64,000 bases of DNA from a bacterium (GTDB lineage: Bacteria; CLD3; SB21): contig WBUR01000022.1 in the NCBI GenBank assembly GCA_008933615.1, forward strand, positions 2,413 through 66,412, written 5' to 3'. Each line of letters opens with the position of its first letter. Within the stretch, counting starts at the first letter, position 1. The notes beneath the pieces were generated by a model. That model did not search any database and had not been told where the DNA came from. It saw nothing but the letters and a program-made list of their open reading frames with translations. Shown here piece by piece: positions 10,190 through 20,315 of this stretch. The position numbers and the translations under genes are program-made.

Positions 10190-11242
10190 ATGGAGATTGT
10201 TTTGGCGCTGCAACAAGAATCCGACGATATTATTCGCCCAAAGAAATCCTATGAGGATGTGGATCTTGATCTGTCATTGAGGCCGTCAAAATTCAACGAA
10301 TTCGTTGGGCAGAACAAGATCATTCAGAATCTGAAAGTATTTATCGAGGCGGCAAAACTTCGCGGAGATTCCTTGGATCACGTTTTGCTTTCAGGGCCAC
10401 CCGGATTAGGCAAAACCACGTTGTCTCATATTATTGCGCATGAATTGGGCGCCCAAATTCGCGTGACTTCCGGGCCGGTACTCGACAAAGCAGGTGACCT
10501 CGCAGGTATTTTAACCAATCTTGAAGAACGGGATGTATTATTCATTGATGAAATACACCGGCTGAATCCTATCGTTGAAGAATATCTGTATTCAGCGATG
10601 GAGGATTTTCAACTGGATATTGTAATCGACAAAGGTCCCAGCGCGCGAACTATTCAGCTGACTCTCCCCCATTTCACTTTAATTGGCGCAACCACCCGCG
10701 CCGGTCTGATAACCGCGCCGTTACGGTCACGATTCGGCATCAGCTGCCGGCTTGATTACTACAATGATGAGAATCTCACTGACATTGTAACACGATCAGC
10801 CGATATTCTAAATACGGAAATCAACAAAAAAGGGGCGGAAGAAATTGCAAAACGGTCCAGAGGGACGCCGCGAATAGCGAATCGGCTTCTGAAGAGAACG
10901 CGTGATTTTGCGCAGGTACAACAGCAAGCCATTATTGATAAGGCTATTGCAGATTACTCCTTACGTGCTTTGGAGGTGGACGAACATGGACTAGATGATA
11001 TGGATAAACGAATACTGACGACGATTATAGAAAAATTCAACGGCGGACCGGTTGGTGTGGACAACATTGCCATTTCCGTAGGAGAAGAAGCGGGCACTAT
11101 TGAAGAAGTATATGAGCCATTCCTGATTCAAAAAGGGCTTTTAAAAAGGACACCACGTGGAAGAGAAGTTACCCATCTTGCATACGATCACCTCAAATTA
11201 AAGCCAAGACGCAGTACTAAGCAAACCGACCTGGATATTTAG
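10190..11242 (+). CDS. ruvB: Holliday junction branch migration ATPase RuvB
   Basis: Walker [13 protein letters not shown], Walker B and sensor motifs [10 protein letters not shown] and TTRAG..., C-terminal winged helix. Confidence 0.95.
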   Translation: MEIVLALQQESDDIIRPKKSYEDVDLDLSLRPSKFNEFVGQNKIIQNLKVFIEAAKLRGDSLDHVLLSGPPGLGKTTLSHIIAHELGAQIRVTSGPVLDKAGDLAGILTNLEERDVLFIDEIHRLNPIVEEYLYSAMEDFQLDIVIDKGPSARTIQLTLPHFTLIGATTRAGLITAPLRSRFGISCRLDYYNDENLTDIVTRSADILNTEINKKGAEEIAKRSRGTPRIANRLLKRTRDFAQVQQQAIIDKAIADYSLRALEVDEHGLDDMDKRILTTIIEKFNGGPVGVDNIAISVGEEAGTIEEVYEPFLIQKGLLKRTPRGREVTHLAYDHLKLKPRRSTKQTDLDI

Positions 11243-11303
11243 TTTTTTTTTGCAAGAATTCTGTGCAAGTTTCTACTCCAGATATTTTCATACAATATCT
11301 CCA

Positions 11304-11939
11304 TTACACTTTTCTTTGTCGATCTATGATGGCACGTAAACACTCAGCAGTTTCTCGTGGAGTATCCGATTTCATGATTGATGAGATAACGGCGACGCCC
11401 GTTACGCCGGTTTCCATTACAGCCGCTGCATTAGAAACATCAATTCCGCCAATAGCGACAACCGGTAGCTTAGCGCACAGAACTATTTTTCTTACTCCTT
11501 CCACGCCAATGATTCCAGTAATATCATCTTTTGACACCGTTGGAAATACTGTTCCGGCTCCGACATAATCTGCGCCTTTTATTTCTGCACTATATGCTTC
11601 TTCCGGATTATGTGTCGAAATTCCAATTATCTTCTTATGCCCAAGAATTTTTCTGGCCTGTTCTATCGGCAAATCGCCTTGCCCCAGATGAACTCCATCA
11701 GCATCAATCTCACAAGCCACCTGAATGTTATCATTAATGATGAAAGGAACCTGATACTTCGACGTAATGACACGCACGGCACGGGCAATTTCCATAAATT
11801 CGTGAAATGTATTATTCTTGGAACGAAGTTGTACGATAGTAACGCCTCCCATTAAAGCTCTTTCTATGGTCTGAAGAAAGGGAAGACAAGTTGAGATTTC
11901 CGTATCGGCGATAAGATATAATGACAAGTTTGGTTTCAT
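11304..11939 (-). CDS. thiE: thiamine-phosphate synthase
   Basis: 211-aa ORF with motifs LYLIAD...VQLRSK...GVHLGQGDLP...GISTHN...GADYVGAG... Confidence 0.9.
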   Translation of the reverse strand: MKPNLSLYLIADTEISTCLPFLQTIERALMGGVTIVQLRSKNNTFHEFMEIARAVRVITSKYQVPFIINDNIQVACEIDADGVHLGQGDLPIEQARKILGHKKIIGISTHNPEEAYSAEIKGADYVGAGTVFPTVSKDDITGIIGVEGVRKIVLCAKLPVVAIGGIDVSNAAAVMETGVTGVAVISSIMKSDTPRETAECLRAIIDRQRKV

Positions 11940-11940
11940 A

Positions 11941-11973
11941 TAATAAAAAACTCCCGATATTTTACCGGGAGTT
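11941..11973 (-). terminator. intrinsic terminator downstream of E2 gene
   Basis: On the minus strand, AACTCCCGGTAAAATATCGGGAGTT hairpin followed by TTTTTTATTA. Confidence 0.55.
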
Positions 11974-11999
11974 CTAATTTGTAGAATATTTCTGAGAAA

Positions 12000-13688
12000 T
12001 TAAAGAGGCGTATTCATATCAAAATTCTCCAGATAATGTGTAACCCTCTGCAAAAATGCGCCGCCGAGCGCTCCATCCACGACGCGATGATCATACGACA
12101 GTGACGCAAACATAATCGAGCGTATCGCAATCGTATCATCGCCATCCGAAGACTCGATAACCACCGGACGTTTTTTGATCATCCCAACGCCCATGATCGC
12201 AACTTGCGGCTGATTGATGATCGGAAAACCTGCCGTGCTTCCAAAAACGCCCATATTCGTTAGCGTTATAGTTCCATCCTGAATTTCATCCAGTTTAAGT
12301 TTTTTCGTACGTGCCCGCATGGCCATATCATTGGCAGCCCGGCAAATACCCGTCAGATTCAACGTATCTGCATCTTTGATTACGGGAACTATGAGTCCGG
12401 TGTTATTCTCTATTGAAACAGCCATGCCGACATTGATATAATTTTTCTTAATAATCGTGGTGCCCTCGACAGAAACGTTGACCATCGGCAAGTCTTTCAG
12501 AGTTTTTGCCATGGCATCAATTAAAAATGGCGTATAAGTCAGCTTAAAACCTTCGCGTTTTTCAAATGCGTCTTTATGCTTCGTTCTGAATTTGACAATA
12601 TTAGTCATGTCCACTTCGGTCATTGTATATACATGAGCCGATGTATCAACGCTTCTGCGCATATGCTCCGCCGTCAACTTACGAACGTTGTTCATTTCGA
12701 TGAATTCTACACGCTCTTTGTTAAATCCGTACTTCACTTCGCTCGGCTGTTTTGCGACAGCCGAAGTAACGGCAGCAACTCTTGTAGTTTGCGGAGTAAA
12801 AACACCTTTACGGCGAGTACCCAAATATGCCATAATATCATTTTTCGTCACGCGGCGGTTCAATCCGCTGCCGGGAACGGTTTCCAGTTCCTGCATCGTG
12901 ATTCCTTCTGTTTTGGCAATATTTCTAACCAATGGCGAATAAAACCTATCGCCGTTGCCGCCACTCAGCAGCGCGCCGGATTGAACGGTTGCCTTTACAG
13001 CGGGCGTAAGAATCTGATTCTGTTTCTGAAAATCTTCGATTGAACTTGAAAAGTGCATGGCCTCTTCTTTTTTTGTTTCCGTTTTAGACACCGAAGCGCC
13101 AACTTCACTTCCGATTCGAGCGACTAGTGTTCCAACCAATACTGTCTCACCTTCCGGCACCAGGATTTCTGTAATGAGTCCTGATACAGGCGAGGGAATT
13201 TCTGAATCCACCTTATCCGTACTTATTTCCAAAACGGTTTCATCCTTGGCAACCTTGTCTCCGACTTTTTTGTGCCACTTTAGAATTTTGCCCTCAGTAA
13301 TGCTCTCGCCCATCTGCGGCATAACCATATCTACAGAACCTGCGGAACTCGGCGAAGCTGATTTCACCGGAGTTACTGCTGCGGATTTTTGATCGTCCTT
13401 TTTCTGAACAGAAGGTGTAGAAACGGGCTTTGATGATACGCTTACCGACGCATCAGTTTCTATGCGTGCGATCAAAGTCCCAACCGACACGGTTTCTCCC
13501 TCTGCAATTACTAATTCTGTGATGACCCCAGCGGTAGGAGAAGGGATCTCAGAATCCACCTTGTCCGTGCTGATCTCCAGAACGGTCTCATCTTTGGCAA
13601 CTTTGTCGCCGACTTTTTTATGCCACTTTAGGATTTTGCCTTCGACAATACTTTCCCCCATTTGCGGCATGACCATGTCAACTTTCAT
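12000..13688 (-). CDS. dihydrolipoamide acyltransferase E2 with two N-terminal lipoyl domains (PDH-type architecture)
   Basis: Two near-identical lipoyl domains (MPQMGESI[VT]EGKILKWHKKVGDKV...ISTDKV), a peripheral-subunit-binding domain, and a catalytic domain with DHRVVDG. Confidence 0.9.
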   Translation of the reverse strand: MKVDMVMPQMGESIVEGKILKWHKKVGDKVAKDETVLEISTDKVDSEIPSPTAGVITELVIAEGETVSVGTLIARIETDASVSVSSKPVSTPSVQKKDDQKSAAVTPVKSASPSSAGSVDMVMPQMGESITEGKILKWHKKVGDKVAKDETVLEISTDKVDSEIPSPVSGLITEILVPEGETVLVGTLVARIGSEVGASVSKTETKKEEAMHFSSSIEDFQKQNQILTPAVKATVQSGALLSGGNGDRFYSPLVRNIAKTEGITMQELETVPGSGLNRRVTKNDIMAYLGTRRKGVFTPQTTRVAAVTSAVAKQPSEVKYGFNKERVEFIEMNNVRKLTAEHMRRSVDTSAHVYTMTEVDMTNIVKFRTKHKDAFEKREGFKLTYTPFLIDAMAKTLKDLPMVNVSVEGTTIIKKNYINVGMAVSIENNTGLIVPVIKDADTLNLTGICRAANDMAMRARTKKLKLDEIQDGTITLTNMGVFGSTAGFPIINQPQVAIMGVGMIKKRPVVIESSDGDDTIAIRSIMFASLSYDHRVVDGALGGAFLQRVTHYLENFDMNTPL

Positions 13689-13730
13689 AGGTCGCCTCCT
13701 TACGTTATGTTACTTTTATAAAACTTGAAG

Positions 13731-13819
13731 CGGAGAGAGTGAGATTCGAACTCACGGCACGGGGTTAGCCGCACACACGCTTTCCAGGCGAGCCAGTTAA
13801 ACCACTCCTGCATCTCTCC
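13731..13819 (-). tRNA. tRNA-Ser (anticodon GGA), type II with long variable arm
   Basis: Reverse complement is GGAGAGATGCAGGAGTGG...CCTGGAAAGCG...GAGTTCGAATCTCACTCTCTCCG. It has a 7-bp acceptor stem, CTGGAAA anticodon loop, long variable arm and GTTCGAATC T-loop. CCA is not encoded. Confidence 0.8.
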
Positions 13820-13917
13820 TAAGACCATTTAATTTCGACACTATTCAACAAAAATCCACTTTTTTCAAAGCGGTGCAAGATAAAAAATATCGTTATGACC
13901 TGCAAGCAATTTTTCCG

Positions 13918-15372
13918 CTAGCCATGCTTCTTCAACTTCTCTTTCAATATCTCATTGGTCATACCGGGGTTGGCTTTGCCTTGTGATATTTTCATTACCT
14001 GCCCAACAAAATGTCCAAATAATGCCTTCTTGCCGCTCAGGTATTCCTTGAGCTGGGATTGGTTGGACTCGAACATTTTATCAACCAATTTTTCGATTTC
14101 TTCACGATTTGTGATTTGCAGTAATCCCTTTTCTTTCACGATAGTATTTGGATCTGCACCCTCTTTGCACATTTCTTCAAATACGCTTTTAGCCATCTTG
14201 CCGCTGATAGTTTCCTTAAGAATAAGATCCAGCATTATACCGAGATTTTTAGGCGTCACGATGAACTGATCCGCCTCTTGTTTGTTTTCTTTCATGACAG
14301 CCATCATCTCGCTCATGATCCAGTTGCTTGCGAGTTTTGCATCCTTCACAAATTTCAGAGTTTCTTCAAAATAATTTGCCAAAGATTTATTTAACGTCAA
14401 CACTTCAGCATCGTATTTTGGAATTCCATACTCCTTCACAAAACGATCGCGACGCGCCTGCGGTAATTCAGATAAATTTTCAGAAACGGATTCAATCCAC
14501 TCCTTTGAGACCTTTAACGGCACGAGATCCGGTTCTGGAAAATATCGATAATCATGCGCTTCTTCTTTGCTGCGCATGGCGCGGGATTCTCCTGCATTAT
14601 CATCCCACAAAAGAGTTTGTTGAATGATCACACCGCCTTCCTTGAGCACTTTTGCTTGTCTTGCCATCTCATAGGCCAAAGCCCTTTCAACCGCCTTAAA
14701 CGAATTCATATTCTTAAGTTCAGTCTTTGTTCCTAGTTTTTCAACGCCGACAGGGCGCATGGATATATTCGCATCACATCGAAGGCTGCCCTCCTCCATG
14801 TTTCCATCGCATATTTCAAGGTACTGGACGATCTGGCGTATTTTGGTAAGATAGGCGGTCACCTCTGCTGCAGATCGAAAATCCGGTTCAGATACAATTT
14901 CAATTAAAGGCGTGCCGCAGCGATTCAGATCAATAAATGTTGCGCTTCCTCCCGTTACTGCGTCATCATGAATAGATTTGCCGGCATCTTCCTCAAGGTG
15001 AATACGTTTGATACCGATGCGTTTGGTCTCCTCCCCAACTTCTATTTCAATCCATCCGTGTTCACATAAGGGTTTATCGAATTGTGAAATTTGATACCCT
15101 TTTGGCAAATCAGGATAAAAATAGTTTTTTCGCGCAAATATAGATTCGGCGGCAATAATGCAGTGCGCGGCGAGTCCCATGCGAATCGCAAATTCAACAG
15201 CCTGCTTATTCAGCACAGGCAAGGCCCCCGGAAGTCCCAGGCAAACCGGACAAGTTTGTGAGTTGGGTGTCCCGCCGTATGCCGCGCTGCAAGTGCAAAA
15301 CGCTTTGGTATGCGTCAGCAGTTGACAATGAACTTCCAGCCCCATGACCGGTTCAAATAATTTATCACTCAT
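13918..15372 (-). CDS. gatB: aspartyl/glutamyl-tRNA(Asn/Gln) amidotransferase subunit B
   Basis: 484-aa ORF starting MSDKLFEPVMGLEVHCQL with a C-terminal GatB/YqeY domain. Confidence 0.95.
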   Translation of the reverse strand: MSDKLFEPVMGLEVHCQLLTHTKAFCTCSAAYGGTPNSQTCPVCLGLPGALPVLNKQAVEFAIRMGLAAHCIIAAESIFARKNYFYPDLPKGYQISQFDKPLCEHGWIEIEVGEETKRIGIKRIHLEEDAGKSIHDDAVTGGSATFIDLNRCGTPLIEIVSEPDFRSAAEVTAYLTKIRQIVQYLEICDGNMEEGSLRCDANISMRPVGVEKLGTKTELKNMNSFKAVERALAYEMARQAKVLKEGGVIIQQTLLWDDNAGESRAMRSKEEAHDYRYFPEPDLVPLKVSKEWIESVSENLSELPQARRDRFVKEYGIPKYDAEVLTLNKSLANYFEETLKFVKDAKLASNWIMSEMMAVMKENKQEADQFIVTPKNLGIMLDLILKETISGKMAKSVFEEMCKEGADPNTIVKEKGLLQITNREEIEKLVDKMFESNQSQLKEYLSGKKALFGHFVGQVMKISQGKANPGMTNEILKEKLKKHG

Positions 15373-15389
15373 AAAAACCTTGAATCAAA

Positions 15390-16664
15390 TTATATCATAA
15401 GTGTACGATCTCGTTCCTGACCGACTGAAACAATTTTAATCTTAGCGTCTTCCATGAAATCTTCTATAAACTTTAAGTACGATCTGGCCTTTTCCGGAAG
15501 ATCTGTATATTTTTTGGCATTGCTGGTATCCGATAACCAACCTTTAACGGTTGTATAAACAGGCTCAACTTTAGCAAGTTCTCCTGCATCCGTTACGGGA
15601 TAATCTATTTTCACACCATCTACTTTATAAGCAATACATACTTTCAATTCGTCTAAAGTATCAAGTACGTCCAATTTTGTTATAGCCAATTCGTCAATAC
15701 CGTTTACCACCATTGCATACTTTAGCTGTACAAGATCAAGCCAGCCGCAGCGACGCGGACGCCCGGTTACCGCGCCATACTCGCCCCCCAATTTTCTAAT
15801 TTTTTCAGAAAATGTTTCATCAAACTCTGTTGGAAACGGCCCGTTGCCGACCCTAGTGGTATAAGCTTTTGCCACGCCCATCACATGATCGATTTTTGTC
15901 GGCCCCAAACCCAACCCCGTGCTGGCGCCGCCACTGCTGGAATTTGACGAAGTCACAAACGGATAGGTCCCGTGATCAATATCGAGCAGGGTACCCTGGG
16001 CGCCTTCGAGCAGGACTTCTTTGTTTGCCTTAACTGCCTCGTATAAATAAACAGCTATGTCTTTTACATATTCACTCAGCCGATTTCCCAGTTCATGAAA
16101 CTGTTTGATCATTGGATCCGGAGCCAACTCCTCAGCGCCAAAAGCCTTAAGTATTTTATTTTTTTCAGATATATTTTTTTGCAGTTTTCCGGTTAGCTTC
16201 TCATGGTTCATTAAATCGATGGCTCGGATTCCGCAACGATCAATTTTATCCAAATAGGCAGGCCCGATGCCGCGCTGCGTGGTTCCCACCTGATTCTTTC
16301 CAAGATATTTTTCCTTCGCCTGGTCAATGAGCATGTGATACGGAAAAATAATGTGCGCATGCGGACTCACCATGATCCGGCCTTCCATTTTAATACCGCC
16401 CTTTGCAAGACCATCCAACTCCAAAAAGAACGCTATCGGATCAATAACAACCCCGTTGCCAAGAATACACATCACGCCGTCGTGCAATATGCCCGAGGGT
16501 ATAAGCCTCAGTATATATTTCTTATCACCGTCCCATATCGTGTGACCTGCATTTGCACCGCCTTGATACCGCGCAACGACCTGAACTTTACTCGCAAGCA
16601 AATCTACAATTTTTCCTTTTCCTTCGTCTCCCCATTGGGCCCCAATAATAACTCTAACCGGCAT
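15390..16664 (-). CDS. purA: adenylosuccinate synthetase
   Basis: MPVRVIIGAQWGDEGKGKIVD... P-loop. The ORF-track start at 16706 has a 14-aa leader, so the start was placed at the conserved Met. Confidence 0.95.
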   Translation of the reverse strand: MPVRVIIGAQWGDEGKGKIVDLLASKVQVVARYQGGANAGHTIWDGDKKYILRLIPSGILHDGVMCILGNGVVIDPIAFFLELDGLAKGGIKMEGRIMVSPHAHIIFPYHMLIDQAKEKYLGKNQVGTTQRGIGPAYLDKIDRCGIRAIDLMNHEKLTGKLQKNISEKNKILKAFGAEELAPDPMIKQFHELGNRLSEYVKDIAVYLYEAVKANKEVLLEGAQGTLLDIDHGTYPFVTSSNSSSGGASTGLGLGPTKIDHVMGVAKAYTTRVGNGPFPTEFDETFSEKIRKLGGEYGAVTGRPRRCGWLDLVQLKYAMVVNGIDELAITKLDVLDTLDELKVCIAYKVDGVKIDYPVTDAGELAKVEPVYTTVKGWLSDTSNAKKYTDLPEKARSYLKFIEDFMEDAKIKIVSVGQERDRTLMI

Positions 16665-16760
16665 GATTTCTTCCTTAGAATTGATAATATGCAAAAAATA
16701 ACCCAAAACCTGCTGGCAGATCTTGGGTTTTGTACTATCATAGATTCATTAAATGCTACA

Positions 16761-17099
16761 TCATGAGAAACTTTTTACCGCGTCATCTACGGTTTCAAAT
16801 TGTTTGAAAACCGATGCCAATTTCGTAATCTGAAATATTTGCCTGATCTTCTGGGAAAGATTACTCAATCGTAAATCGCCGCCGTTGTTTTTGACATTGG
16901 TCAGATTGCTTATTAATATACCCAACCCGGAACTGTTGATTAGATCCACCGCCTGCAAGTTAACAATGAAGTTTTTTTTGCCTTCCTTTATCCAGCGATG
17001 CACTTCGTCGTTGAGTTGTGTCGCGTCCGGGCCGCCCAGGATGCTGCCGCAAACCTCCATTATCACAATTCCGTTTTTTTCAAGCGTGTTGAATTCCAT
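16761..17099 (-). CDS. STAS-domain anti-sigma factor antagonist (SpoIIAA-like)
   Basis: 112-aa ORF containing LINSSGLGILIS, the STAS fold signature. Confidence 0.75.
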   Translation of the reverse strand: MEFNTLEKNGIVIMEVCGSILGGPDATQLNDEVHRWIKEGKKNFIVNLQAVDLINSSGLGILISNLTNVKNNGGDLRLSNLSQKIRQIFQITKLASVFKQFETVDDAVKSFS

Positions 17100-17170
17100 A
17101 TGAATTCTTTCTTATGATTAGACATCAAAACAAAATACACGATTTTCAAAACCCAGTCAAGTTGAGAAAA

Positions 17171-18067
17171 TTATTTTGCTTTAGCTTTCAGGTCTTCGCC
17201 GGCCTGCCATTCGATTAATACCGGGCTTGCAACAAAAACCGAGGAATAAGTTCCAACTATGATGCCCGTGAGAAGCGCCCAGGCAAAAGGTCGAATTACT
17301 TCGCCACCAAGTATCAGCAGTACTATTACTGACAGCAAAGTCATGAATGACGTCATGATCGTCCGGCTCAAAGTTTCATTTATGCTTTTGTCTACAACCT
17401 GTTCAAAAGTCAAACCCCTTTTAAGTAATCGAAGATTTTCACGAATACGATCAAAAACGACAATAGTATCATTAACAGAATATCCGACAATCGTAAGAAA
17501 CGCGGCAACCGCTCCGAGTGAAAACTCCAATCGTAAAACCACAAATACACCCAAGGTGATCAAAACGTCATGGGACAAAGCAATGACAGCGGCTAATCCC
17601 CACTTCCAGTGAAACCGGATGGCCAAATATACAATAATAAAGAATAAACCCCAAAGCGTAGCCCAAACAGCAGAACTTTTTAATTCTTCGCCGATCTTCG
17701 GCCCGACCTGGCTTACCGAACGCATTTCCGCCTGGTTAGCCGTAAAGTTGGCGTTTAACAAGTTCAAAACTTCGCCGGCTACCTTATCATTTTGTTCAAT
17801 GACATGAATCAATACGTCACTTGGAGATCCGAAATTTTGTATACGATCGGCGCCAAATTTACTGGAAACAACCGAACGAACTTTTTCCAACTCAACCGGG
17901 TCCTTGAATTTCACTTCGAGTGAAGTTCCACCAACAAAGTCGACACCGTAGTTCAGATCCATAACAAAAAATAAAAGCAAACTCAATATGATCAAGCTGC
18001 CTGAGACCAGATAGGCCTTGGTTCGCAGCGCCACAAAGGCATAATTCTTATTAACCAAAAACTCCAT
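17171..18067 (-). CDS. secF: protein translocase subunit SecF
   Basis: 298-aa six-TM protein with SecD/SecF family motifs, directly downstream of secD. Confidence 0.9.
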   Translation of the reverse strand: MEFLVNKNYAFVALRTKAYLVSGSLIILSLLLFFVMDLNYGVDFVGGTSLEVKFKDPVELEKVRSVVSSKFGADRIQNFGSPSDVLIHVIEQNDKVAGEVLNLLNANFTANQAEMRSVSQVGPKIGEELKSSAVWATLWGLFFIIVYLAIRFHWKWGLAAVIALSHDVLITLGVFVVLRLEFSLGAVAAFLTIVGYSVNDTIVVFDRIRENLRLLKRGLTFEQVVDKSINETLSRTIMTSFMTLLSVIVLLILGGEVIRPFAWALLTGIIVGTYSSVFVASPVLIEWQAGEDLKAKAK

Positions 18068-18103
18068 TACAAATGCTCCTTACACTTTCGTGTATTATTT
18101 TTC

Positions 18104-20059
18104 TTAAACTTTTTGAGTTGCTATACGGTCATAATTCACGCCGATACTGATTCGTTGCTCTATCGTTGCACGATCGTAGATCAAATCCATAAGAACCCGT
18201 GTTACAAAAACTCCACAGAAAATTGTTGTAATAATTCCAATCATGAGCGTCAAGGCAAAACCCTTTATCGGGCCGGTACCAAACTGAAATAGTACCAAGC
18301 CGGTTCCAAAAGTGGTCAAATTAGCGTCAAGAATAGTAACAAATGCTTTTGAAAAACCCGTTTCTATAGATGCGCGAACGGTTTTGCCCAGACGTATCTC
18401 CTCACGGATACGTTCGTATATTAGCACGTTGGCATCTACAGCCATACCCATGGTCAAAATCATACCTGCAATGCCCGGCAATGTCAACGTAAATCCAAAC
18501 CCGGTCAGAATTCCCATCAAAAAAAGCACATTAAGGACGAGCGCCATATCGGCAACGCCGCCTGAATTTCGATAATATATAATCATCGCAATAGCAACGA
18601 CGATGAATGCAACCCAAAAAGCTAATTTTCCGCTGTCAATCGAATCTGCGCCGAGCGATGGGCCAATGGTGCGTTCTTCAATAATGTGAACAGGCGCCGG
18701 CAGAGAACCTGCGCGTAGTGCAATGGCAAGGCTCTTGGCTTCTTCCATGTTATCCATGCCTGTAATCTGGGTATTGCCGCCCGAAATTTTTTCAATGATA
18801 TTCGGAGCCGATTGTACTCTGTCATCCAAAACTACTGCAATGCGTTTGTTAATATTCGCCCCGGTCACAACCGCCCAACGTTTGCTGCCGTCTGGAGTCA
18901 TTTTTAGAGTGACGATAGGCCGCCCCGCCATACCGGGATCCATTCCCTGGTAAATATCCTGCTTCGCTTCGGTTACCACCGCGCCGGATAACTCCGCTGC
19001 TTTTTTTACAACGTAGGCGGCGTAAAATCCTTCATGAACTTCCTTATTGCTGAATAAAATTTCATTCGATTCACCGATAGCGGCTTGTACACCTGGCTTG
19101 ATTTTTGTTCGGTCGCCGACTTTCATGAATAGCAGGGACCTCACGAATTCCAGGTTCTGCGCAGCAACATAAAAATCATAACCCGTTTGGCCGATCTGTT
19201 GTCCGATAATATATTGCGTAAACGGTTTCGCCCCGGATTGGATACCGGCCGTATCCGTTTTTGCAGTATCGCTTTCGGGCTTAAGCAATTCAGCCGATAG
19301 ACCACTTAACCTGGTGGTATCTTTAGCAACTTTCACTGTTGAATCCGTCATTAAACCTTGCGCATTCAGCGTATCAATTCGCGCAAAATACGTATCCAAT
19401 CTTTCAAATATGTTACCTGCATCCTGCGGATCACGGAGCAGTTTGAATTCGAGTAATGCCGTTTGCTGGATTAGATTCTTGGCAATAATAGGATCGTCAA
19501 TTCCAGGCAATTCAACGACAATACGATGGTCGCCCTGTTTCTGAATTGTCGGTTCACTCACGCCGAACTGATCCACACGGTTCCTAATAATCGATTGGGC
19601 ACGATCAACGGCGTCCTTAGCTTCGTCATTAAGAAATTTGACAACGCCGGCATCATCTTTATGTTTATCTCCCCAGTAATTAATCATCGGCAGGCTGGCT
19701 TCGGAAAAATGATTCTCCAATATCGTGGCAAAATTGGATTCCTGATCGGTGCGGTATTCGGCAGCCGCTTTCTCAAATATTTTTACAAATTCGTTATCTT
19801 TGGTCTTTACAAGATTCTCAAACAGCGTGACCACATCCGCTTCCAAAACAAGATGAATACCGCCTTTAAGATCAAGCCCTAGATTAATAGATTTGCCCTG
19901 AAGGTCGTTCAGTTCTTTGGTTCCCTCTGCCGATTCACGCATCTTCGCTTTATCGTCATTAGATAATCCATAGAATTTGAACGTCGGCCACAGTGCAACC
20001 AAGGATAACGCTATGCAAACGAGAATGATTCCTATCCTGACATTTTTGTTCTTAAACAT
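18104..20059 (-). CDS. secD: protein translocase subunit SecD
   Basis: 651-aa ORF with a large periplasmic domain and C-terminal six-TM SecD/F motifs. Confidence 0.9.
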   Translation of the reverse strand: MFKNKNVRIGIILVCIALSLVALWPTFKFYGLSNDDKAKMRESAEGTKELNDLQGKSINLGLDLKGGIHLVLEADVVTLFENLVKTKDNEFVKIFEKAAAEYRTDQESNFATILENHFSEASLPMINYWGDKHKDDAGVVKFLNDEAKDAVDRAQSIIRNRVDQFGVSEPTIQKQGDHRIVVELPGIDDPIIAKNLIQQTALLEFKLLRDPQDAGNIFERLDTYFARIDTLNAQGLMTDSTVKVAKDTTRLSGLSAELLKPESDTAKTDTAGIQSGAKPFTQYIIGQQIGQTGYDFYVAAQNLEFVRSLLFMKVGDRTKIKPGVQAAIGESNEILFSNKEVHEGFYAAYVVKKAAELSGAVVTEAKQDIYQGMDPGMAGRPIVTLKMTPDGSKRWAVVTGANINKRIAVVLDDRVQSAPNIIEKISGGNTQITGMDNMEEAKSLAIALRAGSLPAPVHIIEERTIGPSLGADSIDSGKLAFWVAFIVVAIAMIIYYRNSGGVADMALVLNVLFLMGILTGFGFTLTLPGIAGMILTMGMAVDANVLIYERIREEIRLGKTVRASIETGFSKAFVTILDANLTTFGTGLVLFQFGTGPIKGFALTLMIGIITTIFCGVFVTRVLMDLIYDRATIEQRISIGVNYDRIATQKV

Positions 20060-20315
20060 TCCTTAAAACCCTCCAAGTAAACAAATAATTAACTATTTAA
20101 TAGTTGATTATCCTATGTGATGTTAAAACTCAAGCTCTCCAAAAAGAGAGCCCAATATAGTTTGCGGTATCAAAAAAGTCAAGGGATTATTAGACATGCA
20201 AATGATATAGGTTTTTATTTTTGAATTATTTGTGATCAGTTCAAATAGTCGTTGAATATGAAACGAAGTTGATCGATATTTTACAGCTATACTTATATGT
20301 TTTATTTTTATTTGT

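Noticed and set aside
11940-11999. Possible TPP riboswitch upstream of thiE
   Set aside because: Only 60 nt are available and they are occupied by the convergent E2 terminator hairpin. No THI-box elements are present.
12576-13728. Plus-strand ORFs 12576..13043, 12688..12942, 13057..13392 and 13462..13728
   Set aside because: They are antisense to the well-supported E2 acyltransferase gene. The two similar ones simply mirror the duplicated lipoyl-domain DNA.
16335-16766. Plus-strand ORFs inside purA and antisense ORFs inside secD, gatB, bamA, the TPR giant and other large genes
   Set aside because: They lie within confidently assigned genes on the opposite strand, have no RBS, and are low-complexity. 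They are six-frame artifacts.
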